A DNA stretch of 62,729 bases, filler included, from Asterionella formosa (Eukaryota), in NCBI GenBank assembly GCA_002256025.1. It is 10 parts of 10 records of this genome, joined end to end, with 100 filler letters (N's around TTAATTAATTAA, not from the genome) between each part and the next. Parts side by side here need not be neighbours in the genome. Positions count along the whole stretch, not along the records: positions 3,229 to 28,103 come from NKIB01002125.1; positions 28,204 to 29,716 come from NKIB01002126.1; positions 29,817 to 31,328 come from NKIB01002127.1; positions 31,429 to 32,941 come from NKIB01002128.1; positions 33,042 to 57,894 come from NKIB01002129.1; 5 more parts are not named here. One strand, given 5' to 3'. The notes beneath the pieces are model-generated. The model ran no database searches and was not told the DNA's origin. It saw only the letters and a program-made list of their open reading frames with translations. The translations under genes and the position numbers were made by a program. Shown here piece after piece: positions 22,817 to 36,700 of the stretch. The stretch's first letter is position 1, and each line of letters opens with the position of its first letter.

Positions 22817-22882
22817 AGATTTAGCTGTCTTTATCCCAGGAAAAAGTGTCTATTTATGCAAAATGACCGTAACTTGCCGGTA
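22817..22882. mobile_element. MITE end (same family as 5081 and 54785)
   Basis: ATTTAGCTGTCTTTATCC...GCAAAATGACCGTAACTTGCCGGTA. Confidence 0.6.
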
Positions 22883-23196
22883 CCGCTGGACTGTACATAG
22901 TGGGGTTATTGATGAAATGTGACTTTATAAATGATAGGGTTTAGGTTATATATGTAGTAGGAGTTTGTTTTAGTTTTGCTTATTAGGCGCTAGTGACCAG
23001 TGTACTTCGCTTCTTGTCCCCATAATCCTCGGCCATCACTCCTCGTCTCAGCACTTTTTTCGCCTTCTTGTTCAACAAGAAACGCCAACAAGGGAGCGAG
23101 GAGCGAAAGAGCAATCGCTTGATAAAGGCGATTCTGCTTTCATTGATGATCGCTCAACATATTAAAAAGGGGCACTCACAAGGTCTGTCCTCTTAA

Positions 23197-24390
23197 ATGA
23201 AGAAAAACTCTTCTAATTATTTGCAGTCCCAATCCAAAATGGCACCATCAATCTACTCGTTGATGGCTCACTCCGCCGTCCTCGCGAAGGATCTCAACGA
23301 CACGCACCGCCTCCCACCAACCTACGTTGGTGTTCGACGAGTCCGCCCATCCACTAAACAAGTCCAATCAGCGTGGGTCGGTGCCAACGAGAGAAATGAC
23401 ATTGGGTCGGTGATATTCAAAGTCAAGAACGAAGATGGGACCGAACGGCGTATGACAACGAAGGAAAAGAAAGGGCTCAAGATTAAACTAAGAAAAGATC
23501 GTTATGATTCCTCGAAGAAGAAGCGAGCAGTGGAGAAGGCAGGGTCTACTCAACGCGACGATGATGCTTTGATTAAGATCGCGGGTGTATCATTCACCAA
23601 TAACAACGATTCCAAATACCATCAACTGCAACTCGACAGTTCAGCACTGGAAGAGGAATTGGCAGATCTTCGCGGAGACCGGCATGGAGTTCCTCCTGTA
23701 CTTTTATCGCCCCCAATGACAATTCAAGCTAGATCGCTATTGATGAACGCAACTATTCAACGACCCACCTACAGACTGGACGACGAATTGTCAAAGGCAT
23801 GGGCCGGGGAACTCAAACAAGGCATGCTAGCCGCGGAACAAGTTCGGAACGCAGAAGACATACGTCCCATGGCATATCAAGTTGTTCCAGAAGTATGGAC
23901 TAGATTAAGACCAGAATCCTTGAAAGATGGGGTGGCGGGAGATGATGTGGTTGTTGCCGGGACCAACGTTTTTCCCGACGAATCAACCTGGACTATGGTG
24001 GCGATGAGGAAAAGTTCCCATTCATCCGATTCCGCAAACACAATACTGGTCGATTTATTTTACCATCATTCTCAAATACATATTTCCTGTGGTGTTAAGT
24101 TTGGTTGTGATTACCTACTTTACGATGGGCGCAGACACGAACGACATGCCTTTGCTGGCTTGAGAGTGATGGTTGATGAGGCAAATCCATACGATTTGGC
24201 GGGATATGTACGTGGATTGAATACAGCTGGAAAGCTTGCACTTGTGGCAAAAGTGGAGGCGGATGGGAGTGTGGCTTTAGTGGACTTGGCATTGGAAAAA
24301 ATTCTAACTGCACCAACGCATCTGAAACGAAAAAGAAAGCAGGCCAGAAAGGATGTTGGGCAAAAATTGACTAAGACTATTCCTAAATGA
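23197..24390 (+). CDS. tRNA-splicing endonuclease catalytic subunit-like protein (Sen34/Sen2 type)
   Basis: C-terminal G.KFGCDYLLYDG....RHAF...L.GYVRGLNTAGK..L.A carries the Tyr/His/Lys triad pattern of tRNA intron endonucleases. Confidence 0.75.
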   Translation: MKKNSSNYLQSQSKMAPSIYSLMAHSAVLAKDLNDTHRLPPTYVGVRRVRPSTKQVQSAWVGANERNDIGSVIFKVKNEDGTERRMTTKEKKGLKIKLRKDRYDSSKKKRAVEKAGSTQRDDDALIKIAGVSFTNNNDSKYHQLQLDSSALEEELADLRGDRHGVPPVLLSPPMTIQARSLLMNATIQRPTYRLDDELSKAWAGELKQGMLAAEQVRNAEDIRPMAYQVVPEVWTRLRPESLKDGVAGDDVVVAGTNVFPDESTWTMVAMRKSSHSSDSANTILVDLFYHHSQIHISCGVKFGCDYLLYDGRRHERHAFAGLRVMVDEANPYDLAGYVRGLNTAGKLALVAKVEADGSVALVDLALEKILTAPTHLKRKRKQARKDVGQKLTKTIPK

Positions 24391-26437
24391 TTACACAAGC
24401 AAATCATGTGCTAATTGAGGCTAGTGCCTACAGTAGTCTACTCGCATGTGTTTGTCCAAGTTGAGGTGAATATACTCAAGTCATTTTAGACGTAGCATGA
24501 CATAGCAGGAGTGAGTAAAATATAGAAACAAATAATGATACTGATGGCAGCACTGGCCATATCATCTTGCGCTGTTGCACAGAATCATTTTTGTTCCTTG
24601 CTCATGATATGACTAAGCAGTTTGAGTATTTTCACCTTTGTCATGGAAATGGTCAATTTCTTTATGCATGAGTCATCATTACACAATCTCTCAAACAGAT
24701 GTACTCTTCAATGAATACTAAAAAATGGTTACCAGATGAATATTGGCAATTATCATGTAAAACAATAACTGAGGTTCTGCAATGGTTATTTGAACAACTA
24801 GCGATTTGCCATCATGATGACTTTTTTAAGCTGCAGACGACTGTAGTGAATTCTTTCTTTGCTCTTTAGAGGTTGGGCAATCTATGATATGCCTTTTACA
24901 TACAATTTATGCTGCTGGTATACATGGATTGAAGGAATAAAGATTTTGGGTGCTGCTGTTAGCGAACTTGACTATTGAGGACATTATGACGATGTATGGT
25001 GACCCAGAAAGCCTTAGCCCTGCATGTTATCTGCCTCGACCCATGGAATCATAACATAAACAAAAAGACAGGTGGCAAGTATGGTAATGGCACTCAAATG
25101 CAGTGTGCTATTGACTACTGTTTGCTAGAGCACAAATCTATGAGAACTATTGCGACAAGGAGTAGTAAGAAGAACAAAATCAACTTGAAATGTCTCAATA
25201 CAGCAAAGGCCTCACAGATTATACTACCAAGAAATTGAATGCTTAATGTGACAAATTCAATGCTACGTATTTTCAATCATGATAGCAAGAACAGATGAGG
25301 TGGTCAGAGGAGTTCTGGTGAAAGTTAAATTTGAACCTTGCATGTCATGCTGGATGTTGCAGCAAAAGAGTTTCTCTAAGAAAAACAGATAATTTCCAAC
25401 TAAAGCACCATCATTCATGATTGTCAGTGTTTTTGTCAGTGTTTCTAGCAGAGGTGGAAGGACAGGAAGCTACACTGAAGCAAATCTCAGCAATAATCTC
25501 CTCACCATCTGTTTGATACTGCACACATCTGCTGAGATGGGGAGCGAATTGGCCAGCGACTTCAACTAGAGCTTCATTAGAGGGGAATTGGGAAAATATA
25601 TTTTCCGAAATCGATTTTTTGTTGTTGCATCAACAGATGGATTACTTTATGGCTGCTTTTGTCAAATGAGGACATAAGTGCAGACAAGCACGCTCCTAAG
25701 TAAATGCTGACAATTAGCTCTGTGTCACATCTAAGTCCTGCAAGGAAGCAGTTGTGGTAGTAGAAGGACTAGCTAGCCAAATGGCAGGAGAGGGTTTTAA
25801 ATCTATGGCTTCAGCTCAGATTAGTTATCTCATTGTTTTGTGGATTCAATGGAATTGGCCATGTGGTGAAGGCTTCTATGCTGTTCAGGACATTTTTAAC
25901 ATCCCCCCACCCACCCAATCAGAATAGTGCGAACTACTATATTTGAGTCCTCTGAGTCCTTTATAATCTGGGTTAACTTGGAATACAATTGTTCAAATAC
26001 CGGTAGTCAGTCACACTTCGTAACATTTTGCAAAACTCTACAAATGTAATATTCGACGTAGAAAGAGTACTAAAGGTTACGATGCTATGCATGCCTGACT
26101 GCATGTACTCAGGTGATCTTGACTGAATCATGCATCGCTGCTTTAAAACAGAATTGACGATTGCAAATCCGCGACGTAGTTGTGTTCGTTCACACATCAT
26201 AACAAGAACACTTTGATTTTATATACCGGTACTATATACAGGTAGGTAGGTACCCACAGGTATGGGTAGAATCTAACGATTATTTATAAAGATGTCAACC
26301 AGCATGCATGTATGACAATTGGATGATAGTACCAGTACTGTATCGAAACCTGACACCAGCGAAGGAGGAAAAGTTAAACAATTCTCACAAAAAATATTGC
26401 ATTTCTTCGTTTCGTTAACTCGACAGTCAGGATCAAC

Positions 26438-26719
26438 ATGCTTGCCGCGACAACAAAACAACCTCATCGACACGTGCAGCCCTTTCACTTTGAATCCGAG
26501 CAAGAGGGTATACAAATACCAGTTTCTCCTTTTGGATTGCGACGATGTGCAGCAAGCCTTTTGGATGACGACATCATCGATCACGAAGTAGAAAGATTCA
26601 TGAGTATTCAAAAGAAAGATAGCATCAATGCCACGATGCAAAAAGGGTTCCTGAAACGAAGCAGGTTCGAGAACAATATTGTGCATCAATGGAGAGTTAA
26701 ACCCTACATAATGGGTTAG
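26438..26719 (+). CDS. small hypothetical protein
   Basis: ATG-started 93-aa ORF convergent with TatA/B; no family recognised. Confidence 0.25.
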   Translation: MLAATTKQPHRHVQPFHFESEQEGIQIPVSPFGLRRCAASLLDDDIIDHEVERFMSIQKKDSINATMQKGFLKRSRFENNIVHQWRVKPYIMG

Positions 26720-27037
26720 AACTAGACACAAGAATGCACTGCCATGAAGTCCATCTTTTTTTTTAAATCTATCATTACTGCAGAATATCTATCAGTCGGG
26801 ATCTTCCACTGTTACGCATCAGGTTCTTTTCTGCTGAAATATATCTACTTGCATTTGGGTAGATCGTGTGTTATTAAGCTTAGTACTTTGGTGACTTGGT
26901 GGGGAATCGAAGACTTCTCTCTCCTCGATGGATCGAAGGTGGTGTATCATTTCGAGACTGTAATTATTTTTCAGCTCAAATAAATAGGCTGCAATAGTGT
27001 GCTTTCCTTTGTATTTGCTTCACCAATTTGTAGGTAG

Positions 27038-27448
27038 CTATTCGTTGTCAGCATCCTCCATGCGCTTTGCTTTCCTGGATCTTGCATTGATTTCCCCCTC
27101 GTCCAGTCCCTTTTTGAATTCTGCGGGCACATCTTTTAGCTCATCCTTAAATTCGGCCGCCATTTTGCCGCTCGATTTTATGAGCTCCCCCAGTTTTTGA
27201 GGTCCTAGCACAAATGCACCGGCCACGACAATAATGGCAATTTCCGCTGGTCCAAGTCCAAATAAGCTGCACGTTTGAACAACGGTGACAGACTTACGCT
27301 GCTTTTTCAAGAGATTATTTGGAGTGCAAGGATGGAAGATTCTGGATTTTTTTTCGACTCCGAAATGGCTCATTGTTTTCTGTGGAGCAAAGGCTGTCGC
27401 CACCATTACGGATGCAAAAAGGCCTGTAATGACACTAGGGAGTCTCAT
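27038..27448 (-). CDS. plastid twin-arginine translocase TatA/B (Tha4/Hcf106-like) precursor
   Basis: Signal peptide with ATA-FAP cleavage motif and transit peptide, then [25 protein letters not shown]...GK...EFK (TM plus amphipathic helix). Confidence 0.88.
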   Translation of the reverse strand: MRLPSVITGLFASVMVATAFAPQKTMSHFGVEKKSRIFHPCTPNNLLKKQRKSVTVVQTCSLFGLGPAEIAIIVVAGAFVLGPQKLGELIKSSGKMAAEFKDELKDVPAEFKKGLDEGEINARSRKAKRMEDADNE

Positions 27449-28757
27449 GCTGATTGGTTTCGTTCTCTCCTTTTTTCGAACTTGAACGGAAATACTTCTT
27501 CGGGGAGAACTCTTGATTGCTGGTTTGGTAGGCTATGGGCTATGGTATGCTTTGTACAGTGTGGTTGCGATAGAACGGGTCGAAATGTTATGTACTCGAA
27601 TTCTGTCCGTGAACTGCTATACCGCATCAGCATTTTAATATGTAGCATGGTGCGGATCATGATGGTGCGTAGTACATTAGCTACAAGCTATAACGCCATC
27701 ATCATGGATCGTCCCCCCTTGGTAAGGGGCGGTGTTCGACTTGCTTCGGCTGGTGCTCTTGCTTCATGTTCCGTGTCGAAGGACTGACGATGATTGGGAG
27801 GATAACATGTACTACCTGGTACCGTGTATGGCTTCTGTGCTTGCGCGCTCCTGCGGAGGAGTACTACAACACATACCTGCTACCTGGTACCCTGTCACTG
27901 GTACGGTACCTGGTATCTGGTATAGAATATCATGGTCTATGTGCCAATAAATATATACCAGGTACCCCCTAAAAACTGAGAGTCATACAAACTTTCAGTT
28001 TTGTACTGATAGTCATAACAAAACGGGGTAATCACACGGTTTGAGACGAATATTTGTAATATTATAAATCTGTATTAGACAAAGTCCTTCCTGTGCATAT
28101 AAGNNNNNNNNNNNNNNNNNNNNNNNNNNNNNNNNNNNNNNNNNNNNTTAATTAATTAANNNNNNNNNNNNNNNNNNNNNNNNNNNNNNNNNNNNNNNNN
28201 NNNGATCATATGATAAATGGTGTCATTGATGAGAAAATGAAAGATCAAAATTATTTTCAGGAATTAGGATTAATTGATCTTAAAAAATATGATCAAATGA
28301 TCCTAAACACATGAGCATATTCAGTGTTCCCCTGCACTTTTGTGGTACTACTCTCATGATAGAAGTAATACCCAGCAAGTATACAGTACTTGGCCATATG
28401 AATTCTTCGAATGGATATGGTCAATATGTCTATATTCAAAAATGTTTGATTTCGACCATTTGAAAATTTGGTGATGACTCCCGTTTATTAAGGGGCTTAA
28501 TTAAATCAGCCACTGACTTGTAGGTACAAGAATTGACACAAAATAAATTGAAAAAATTCAACAGGTCGTGAAAAACTATGAACTCATCATGCATTGTATA
28601 TATTTGAATTATGTATAATCAAAATTGATGTCAGTATACACAGGATTTGCCATATAATGAGTGTGTTTAAAACTATGCAAATGTTCAACTATATATACAT
28701 TAAAGCTTACAAATCTTTCTATAGATGTGTTCATGGCTGTAACATTTGAAATCATGT

Positions 28758-29107
28758 TTTCATGTTCCTTGTCATCATGCATACACTTTCCTCCTGAAAT
28801 GAAGGATCATCACACATGATGACCTGGAAAACGAAAGTGTTAATACAACACAATGATACTTGCTGCTTAGAAGGAGTGACTACGGAGAAGGGCGGGATCA
28901 ATTGATTACAAGTCAAGAGCAAATGCCTTTCATGTTCCTTGTCATGCATATACTTCCTAAAATGAAGGATCTCAAGCAACACATTATGCGAAAAACTGAA
29001 GTGACAATACAACACGAGGATACACCATGCGGCTAAGAAGGATGGAATATGATGGAGAAGGGCGGAATCAACAAGCTGTGCATGGTACCACATCAAGAGC
29101 AAATGCC
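28758..29107. repeat. diverged tandem duplication of about 170 bp
   Basis: TTTCATGTTCCTTGTCAT...AATGAAGGATC...GGAGAAGGGCGG...TCAAGAGCAAATGCC occurs twice. Confidence 0.7.
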
Positions 29108-31428
29108 AGGATGATCAATTGTTGGGATTACAAATACGGAATGACTCTTCCCCTTTCAGTAATTCAATAGCTCCTTTTCGATTTGGTGGCTGGCCAACCA
29201 TCAATGTGGACAAAAGAAATCGGTAAGTGCTATCATCTTTGGATCAATCCACAACTGTTAGAAAAACTGACACATGTGTGTTGCTTCCTTCAGGATAATG
29301 ATAGACAAACAGTTTTTGCAAGTTACAAACAGCAGCGTTGGAGCCCATTTATTGATCGATGCTTTCTTTTCCAATCTTCAACTGACACGCACATTATTTT
29401 GCAGAAATATGCATCAGTTACTTCCTCAATTTGTGGTAAGTGAAGATAGAAGCGAAATGCATGTTGTCGTGTAGGCAAAATATGAACAGCTAACAACTAA
29501 TTGCTTCTCTTTATTAGTATGATTGGAAAAAGAAACGGATGAAATACTATTTCATCCGTTTCTTTTTCCAATCATTTTCCCAATACTAGTAGTATTGGGA
29601 AAATGCGTGAATGCAAACTCACATCCATCAGGAATAAAAAGAAAGCAGGGGAACAAGGGCAAGGCAACCAGTACTACTGCAACAACCTTCAGAATTGGAT
29701 TGGGGGGAAGGTGGAANNNNNNNNNNNNNNNNNNNNNNNNNNNNNNNNNNNNNNNNNNNNTTAATTAATTAANNNNNNNNNNNNNNNNNNNNNNNNNNNN
29801 NNNNNNNNNNNNNNNNTAGTTGTTTAAAGGCCATCACCAAGACAAGAGATTTTGTCCCTTTTTTAACAGGTTTTGAGGATGAGCAGTGATGATGAGCTTC
29901 TCGATCCTTGGATGGCAAGAGTATACTCTGCAGTAGTAGACAAAATGGTTGTAAATTATGGTAACAATCAGCATTATATATGCCACCATCCTTCAGTGGA
30001 GACTGTTGACATTGCTGATGTTACTCCTTTGCAAGGAGGAAAAGCATTTATCCATGGGATTCTAGAGCACTGGTAATAGTTAAGAGGAATAGTGTATGAT
30101 TTTATGCAGTTACAATGTCCAAATGAATTATTGCTGTTCCATTTTTAATCCAAACACAGTTCCAGTACATTACCTTATACTCCCTCACAAAATATACCTA
30201 CTAGTACATGCCGTATGTACACTGGTGAGACATGTATCATCGTGGTACCAGGTACCAGGTCCAATACCAGCTTATCGCTCTCGGTGTGAGTGATATGCTG
30301 ATGATGTGATGCTCGATTTCGACATCAAGCATTACATCCAAGCTGATTCTGGATTCCGTTTCTCCATATTCTCGTGTGTAGAATTTGTCGTATGTAGATG
30401 GCTGGTACAAACGGAACACACCGACCTCAGTGTCCGGTAAAATGGTTGTGCAACTCATCATCAGACATCTACCGGACACTTACGCTGATTTTCGTAGAAA
30501 TGTTCGGACAGTAGGCCGGTTTTTCAGCCGAAGTCTGAACTTCCGTTCATTCCCATTTTATAATTTAACACGGTATATCTAGTACTACTATGTTGAACTT
30601 GGAGTGAAGTTTGATCATTTGAGGGAAATATCGGACGAACGGCCTTTTTTTCTGGTAGCTGTTTTCTCGTGGAATTTTACATATGTAGTAGATGTCTTGA
30701 TGGAATCTGTGTTTATGCACTTCGATGCAAATTACGTAAGTATCATGTGTGAATGTGCAATTGTCAACTATCGTACTGGTATCTTAGGAACCAGCGTCAC
30801 CAAGCAAAAAGGCAAGGACTTGACTGTGGTACATACGTGGTCTCTCACGATAGGACCCCTGTTGTACCTGGTACCTGGTACCTACCATACCATACCATAC
30901 CATACCATGTACCTACCGGTACTAGGATACAGAACTTCGATCCAAATTATGGCTTGGTGCCCCCCCCAAAGTACATCAGGTACACACCGGCCCATTGTAC
31001 CAGTAGCTGGTTCTACATTTGTAAAATTTAGCACAACCCAATATTTGTTTTGAATACATAAAAGTAGAGTCATCCTAGTTGATGTCATTCATTTCCTCTT
31101 CATTAAATATATGAATGAACATACCACTTGTAAATAATAAACCATCATGAATCTCTTGACAATTACATGCCACATGCACTGAGGAGCCACAGCCTCACAC
31201 TTGATTGCTACACTCACCATGATGATACCTCTGTTTGTCATTGTTTGATCTTCACCATCAACTCCTTGCTATAACTATGATCGACCAGCAATGCCATCCT
31301 CATTGAGTCTCAGATGTTCTTGGTGACANNNNNNNNNNNNNNNNNNNNNNNNNNNNNNNNNNNNNNNNNNNNTTAATTAATTAANNNNNNNNNNNNNNNN
31401 NNNNNNNNNNNNNNNNNNNNNNNNNNNN

Positions 31429-32941
31429 GCTGAAATCAGCGGAGTTGGAGGCCCAATTGCGGTATTGCAAAAGGGAACGGTTAAATGGAGCATACAGGAC
31501 GACTTCGGTCATATTCACCATTTTCGTATTCCTGGGACGTATTATGCCCCTGATGCACCTTTCCGCATGTTTTCCCCTCAACACTGGAGCAAGGAAATCA
31601 ACCGATGTAACAGCAGAGGAAAGGGAGCATGGTGCGCTACGTATGAGGACAAGGTCACCCTACATTGGGGAAACAATGGCTATGTTCGAAGTGTGCTATT
31701 GGACCCGGCAACAAATGTGGCAACTTTGTTTTCTGCGCCAGGGACAAAAAGATACCAGATCTACGAAGCAATCATGGTAACTCAGGAGCCTAATGTCAGG
31801 ATTAATTGTTTTAACATGAACATGGTTACTGATGACGAATGTTCTGGTGAAGAGGGTGATGAGTCTCCCCTCATTCGGCCATGCGACTACAATGATAATG
31901 CCGCACTCATTTGGCCAGTTCCCAACGGAGGGGTGGGAGCCCTTGCCAATCGGAAGAGAGGCGACAAATTGATGGCCCAAGTGAGTGATGTTGCGCCCAA
32001 TGCCCTTCTTTTCCACGATTCAGCCACTGGTCTGACGGAAATCGAGGATTCCGACGCCCTGACGGCTACCGCCGAGCTTCTTCGTACCCACTATCAGCTG
32101 GGGCATCTTCCGTTTAAGCAAGTTCGAAATATGGCCTCCACCGGTTTCTTGCCCAAAAGGCTGTTGCAGGGAAGAATTCCAAAATGTACTGCTTGCATGT
32201 ACGGCAAGGCCACCCGACGAGCATGGAGATCCAAGGCTCTGCCCAGCAAAGTGGGAGGGAGAACAGCAACCTGTCCTGGGCAGTGCGTGTCGGTCGATCA
32301 AATGATGTCGCCTACGCCTGGCCTGATCGCCCAACTCAAGGGGATCCCAACGACGCAACGTTACACTGCGGCCACAGTGTTTGTGGACCATTTTAGCCGC
32401 CTCTCATTCGTGCACCTGCAGAGGTCCCTCACCTCCGATGACACTGTTCGAGCCAAAAGAGCTTTCGAGAGATTCTGCGAGTCCCATGGTGTGAAGGTGC
32501 TTCACTATCATGCGGACAACGGTCGGTTTGCCGACGCGCTGTTTCTCCAAGACGTAGCCGATCAGCGACAGGAAATCACGTATTGTGGGGTCAACGCTCA
32601 CTTCCAGAATGGGGTGGCAGAGAAGCGAATTCGGGACCTGCAGGATATGACCCGCACGGCGCTCCTGCACGCTACGGCCAGATGGCCTAAAGTTATATCG
32701 AACTGTCTGTGGCCATATGCTCTGCGCACTGCTAACGACGCAATAGTCAGTGCTCCCCGGCGACTGGACGGAAAATCGGCGGCCAGCGTTTTCTCGAGGA
32801 CAGATGTGTCTCCTAAGATTGGGTCCTTTCGCCCCTTTGGGTGCCCCGTGTACGCCCTATCTAATCAGCTGGCGGCAGGACAGAGCATACCTAAGTGGTA
32901 CAAGAGAGCAAGGGTGGGAGTGTACCTGGGACAATCCCCCC
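31429..32941 (+). mobile_element. Ty1/copia (CoDi-type) pol fragment: protease C-terminus, GAG-pre-integrase and integrase; open across the whole contig
   Basis: GTVKWSIQDD, SPQHW, H..LGH...C.AC.YGK zinc motif, VSVDQM, FVDHFS, YHADNG.F, HFQNGVAEKRIRDL, PFGCPVY, GVYLG.SP. Confidence 0.93.
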
Positions 32942-33798
32942 NNNNNNNNNNNNNNNNNNNNNNNNNNNNNNNNNNNNNNNNNNNNTTAATTAATTAANNN
33001 NNNNNNNNNNNNNNNNNNNNNNNNNNNNNNNNNNNNNNNNNTTCGTTTTGTCATATTACATCCTACGCTACAAACTTGCGTAGAGGAATATACTGCTTTG
33101 CACAAGCGAATCTTTGCGCTTCTTTTGTGCGTTTTACGCGTCTGCCTGGCGGTCCGATCATAAGTACCAGTAGGTCTATGTTGGTGCAATGTGGTGCAGC
33201 GACAATATGACATCAGCAAGGAGTGCCTTAGTTAAAAATTCATTACCGGTAGTAACCTATATATATGATACAAAATGCTTGCAATACTTTATTAGTACCG
33301 GTATGTCCCATTACATGTATGTACCGGGTAGCCTACGGCCGTTGGCTACTACAAAATACATATCTTATATGAATCTGATCGTGATCCTATGTAGAAAATA
33401 TCACTACGGTGGTGCAGGCCGTAGCACGGATTTTATATATGGGTAGTCTGATGGTGCAATTTTGGTTTCTCTAAGTAATAGTGGTGCAATCGGTGGTGCA
33501 ATTGTGGTGCAAATGCCAATGGGCAGTTGAATTTACGAATAGTTTTCTCTTTTTCAACCCTGTTTGGGAAAAGTCCCGTTGGTCTACATTCAAGTGTCAC
33601 TGTTAGGGTTAGCTGTTTTTGGTGTGGAACACATTGAAGCTTGAGCCAAACTACTTCAACTCTGTGTAGACTTGCCTTCCGCTTCTGATCCTTTCCTTTG
33701 GTGCACAACCATCCACCTTCTTCTCCCTACTCTGCCTCTAGTCTTCCTACATAATCCTAGTTAAATTAATTCTCTTCTCTTTTTGATTCCTTCCTCCA

Positions 33799-36700
33799 AT
33801 GTCCAGGCAAACTACACAGACCCATTCCCGCCAGACTCATGTGCCACAGTACTCCCAACCCCCTCGACACTCCACTCGGCTTCTCCCCCATACTTGTTCC
33901 TCTCAACTCTCTCATTCTTCACCACCTGCAGAGACACATGATGTCACAGTTCCTCATCTCTTTCGCGGTTTTGCTGCACAATATCATGATCTCCGGACCC
34001 AACTTGGTTCTTCCCCACACCAAGTTCCTCTTCCTGATTCTCCTCCTGCAATTCCACCCATGGATTTTTCTGTCTCCTCTGATCCAGGCCACATAGAAGC
34101 ACATATTACTACTAGACCTGGTCATCCTCGCTTTCACCGCCAGTCACTCCAAGAATGCTTCCTTTTTCCTATTCTGAACCAACAACACACTGGGTCTATC
34201 TCCCACACCTTCCTTGATGACGCCACTACTGTCCTTAGTGCCCCAGCATTTGGTTCTCAGTTTCACCAATCTTCGCCTCCTGCTTCACTCCCTCTTACTA
34301 TTCCTCTTACGCAGGCTGAACTTGATGCTCTTCCATGGGAAACTATTGCTGCTGACTATCTCTGCAGACATCACTGCAGGATGCCCAGTTCTTCTAGAAC
34401 TGCTACTGAGCGCCCCATACTCTTGGGGATTCCTCCATGTTCCCCTACTGAGCGCCCCATACTCTTGGGGATTCCTCCATGTTCCCATGGATCGTCCTTT
34501 CCCAACCCATGTCCTCCTGATCCTGATCCAGATCCAGATGACAACCTTTCTCACAGTGATGTACCTTCCACAGATCATTCTCATTCTTCCAACCCTTTTC
34601 TCCCTCGCTTTCGGCCCACTCCTCCAACTGCAACTGAACTTGATACATTTCTTCGTGGTCTCCGCATCCCCTTATTACTTTGTCACAGGCGTTCCCCACT
34701 TGTTGCATGGTTTTACAGTTCTATGGGCACTCTTTTGGGACCTTATGGAGGTCAATACTCCCAGTTGGGTAAAACAATTCCTAAACTTACCACTCTTGAT
34801 GCCTCTCAATTTTTTGTCTGGTACAAGTCCCTCCGCTCTGCTCTTAATTCCACTGGCTTCCATGTGGATCTCCTACCACAGGCCATGGATTTACTTCATG
34901 ATGCTGATCTTGGTGAAACTCCAACTAATGGTGGCCTTGTTGCATCTCTGCATATTCTATTTGGTCCTCACTTCTCTATCTCTGCAACTTCTGCTTATTT
35001 TGAGGGGGAACATCATCGTTTTGGCAATACCCTTTACTCTGTCCTCTCCTCATCTGATGTGCTGCCACTCAGATATGGAGACAAAGCCAAAGACCTTCTT
35101 GACAAACACAGTCCCACTGGTGATGATTTTGGGGTGGTATTACAAGATCTCCTGCTCTTCTTTCACCCTGGACTCCGAGATAACCTTGCCCCTGGCTTTG
35201 CTCAACATCTTCCATCTGCTCCCCAATATACTATCCTGGGTAACCAAACTAATCTGGATGCCCTCACCAAATATAATACTCTCTATACACGATGGCTTGA
35301 GCTTCTATATCTTTACCCAGAACACTCCACATTTCGCCCAGTTGATCTCCCTCTCCACTACATCCAAGGCCTTGGTTCCAATGCGCACTTCCTTTAAGAG
35401 GAACTATGTTCATTACATTGCCTGAAATCTGATGACATACGGCTTTACTCACAGCATGTCGTGCGGCTTCAGCGGTCCCTCTTTGGCTGCAAGTTGAAGG
35501 GTTATATTCAAAGCTCAAGTCCCTCTTGCGATACCTTCCGACTCCTTGCACTAATCATTCAACCAATGATGCAATCCACCTGCACTCAGCAACAGCCATG
35601 TCCTCAACCACTCCTGACAACTTTCCTGTGTCTGCCAGCGATATTGCGCACACTCTGGACCGTGTTCTTGATGGTCACATCTGCACTGATCAACACCCTA
35701 TTCATGCTCTCATTGTCTCCGCTATCCAGTGCGCACGGATATCAAACCCGCATGGCTTATGTTCTTACACATGGTGTGGCGTGAAACACGATCCTCTCTG
35801 CTGTTGCATTTGTTTTGGCAGCAACCATAAAACAATGGACTGTTGGCATCTCAATGGACTATCTGACAACAGGAAAGAATTGTAAATCAAAGCAAAAGAA
35901 GCAAAGCAGTCCAGATTACCACCTTTTGACAGTCCTTCACGTCTCCCCCCGCACTCATCAGCTGTCCACAAATCATTCCCCTCGCCCACTCAGTGTTCAT
36001 GCTATCTCCAATTCACTGAATGTCAATGAAATATTTTCTTCCCCTCTTGAATCCCTTCTCAAAGAAGTTCACTTGACTGCACAGGACCATACACAACTCC
36101 CTTTGGACACTGGTCCTCATCTTTATAGCTGGGATGATCATGGACAATCCAAACCTGTCACCCCATCAGTATATCACACAGGAATGGTGGCTTTTGCAAA
36201 TCATATCAGAGAAGAGTATGAAAAAGACTTTGATCTTACCCATTCATCTAATGACCCACTGAGATGATCTTGCACCCCCCTTTGTCACTACTTCATTCTC
36301 AATCCACCTTGATCACAGCTTCCCTTGAATATGCCGCCCACTTATGAGATGGTGAATCTCTCATGCATGTGGATACTGGGGCAAATGGCAATGTCACTTG
36401 TATGAGCAATGAGCTGCACAATGTGGTCAGTTCCAATGTGGTCTGCCAAACAGCCAAAATTGGAGATATAGATCAAGTTGGGTACATTTGAGCCTTATTG
36501 CCATGCTTCATTTCTGCAGATCGGACTGTTGAACTTGAAATTTCGTTGCCAAACACCGTTGAACTCCCCCATTACCGACGTCGGTCCCTTAGTGTCCATG
36601 CTCTCAAACAACTTGGTTATGAAGCTGACCATAGACTTTGTCGAAATGGGAATTTGCTATGGTTAAGACTACCAAATGGAAAAGAATATCTTTTTAAACT

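Noticed and set aside
24500..25950. Possible decayed gene or TE
   Set aside because: Looks coding-like in places, but no frame or motif could be identified.
33290..33330. Possible 5' LTR of the 33799 copia
   Set aside because: Only about 20 nt of loose similarity to the 3' LTR and no clear PBS.
34214..35425. 403-aa Leu-rich ORF overlapping gag (env-like?)
   Set aside because: Shifted frame of a C/T-rich strand in which stop codons are rare; no motif.
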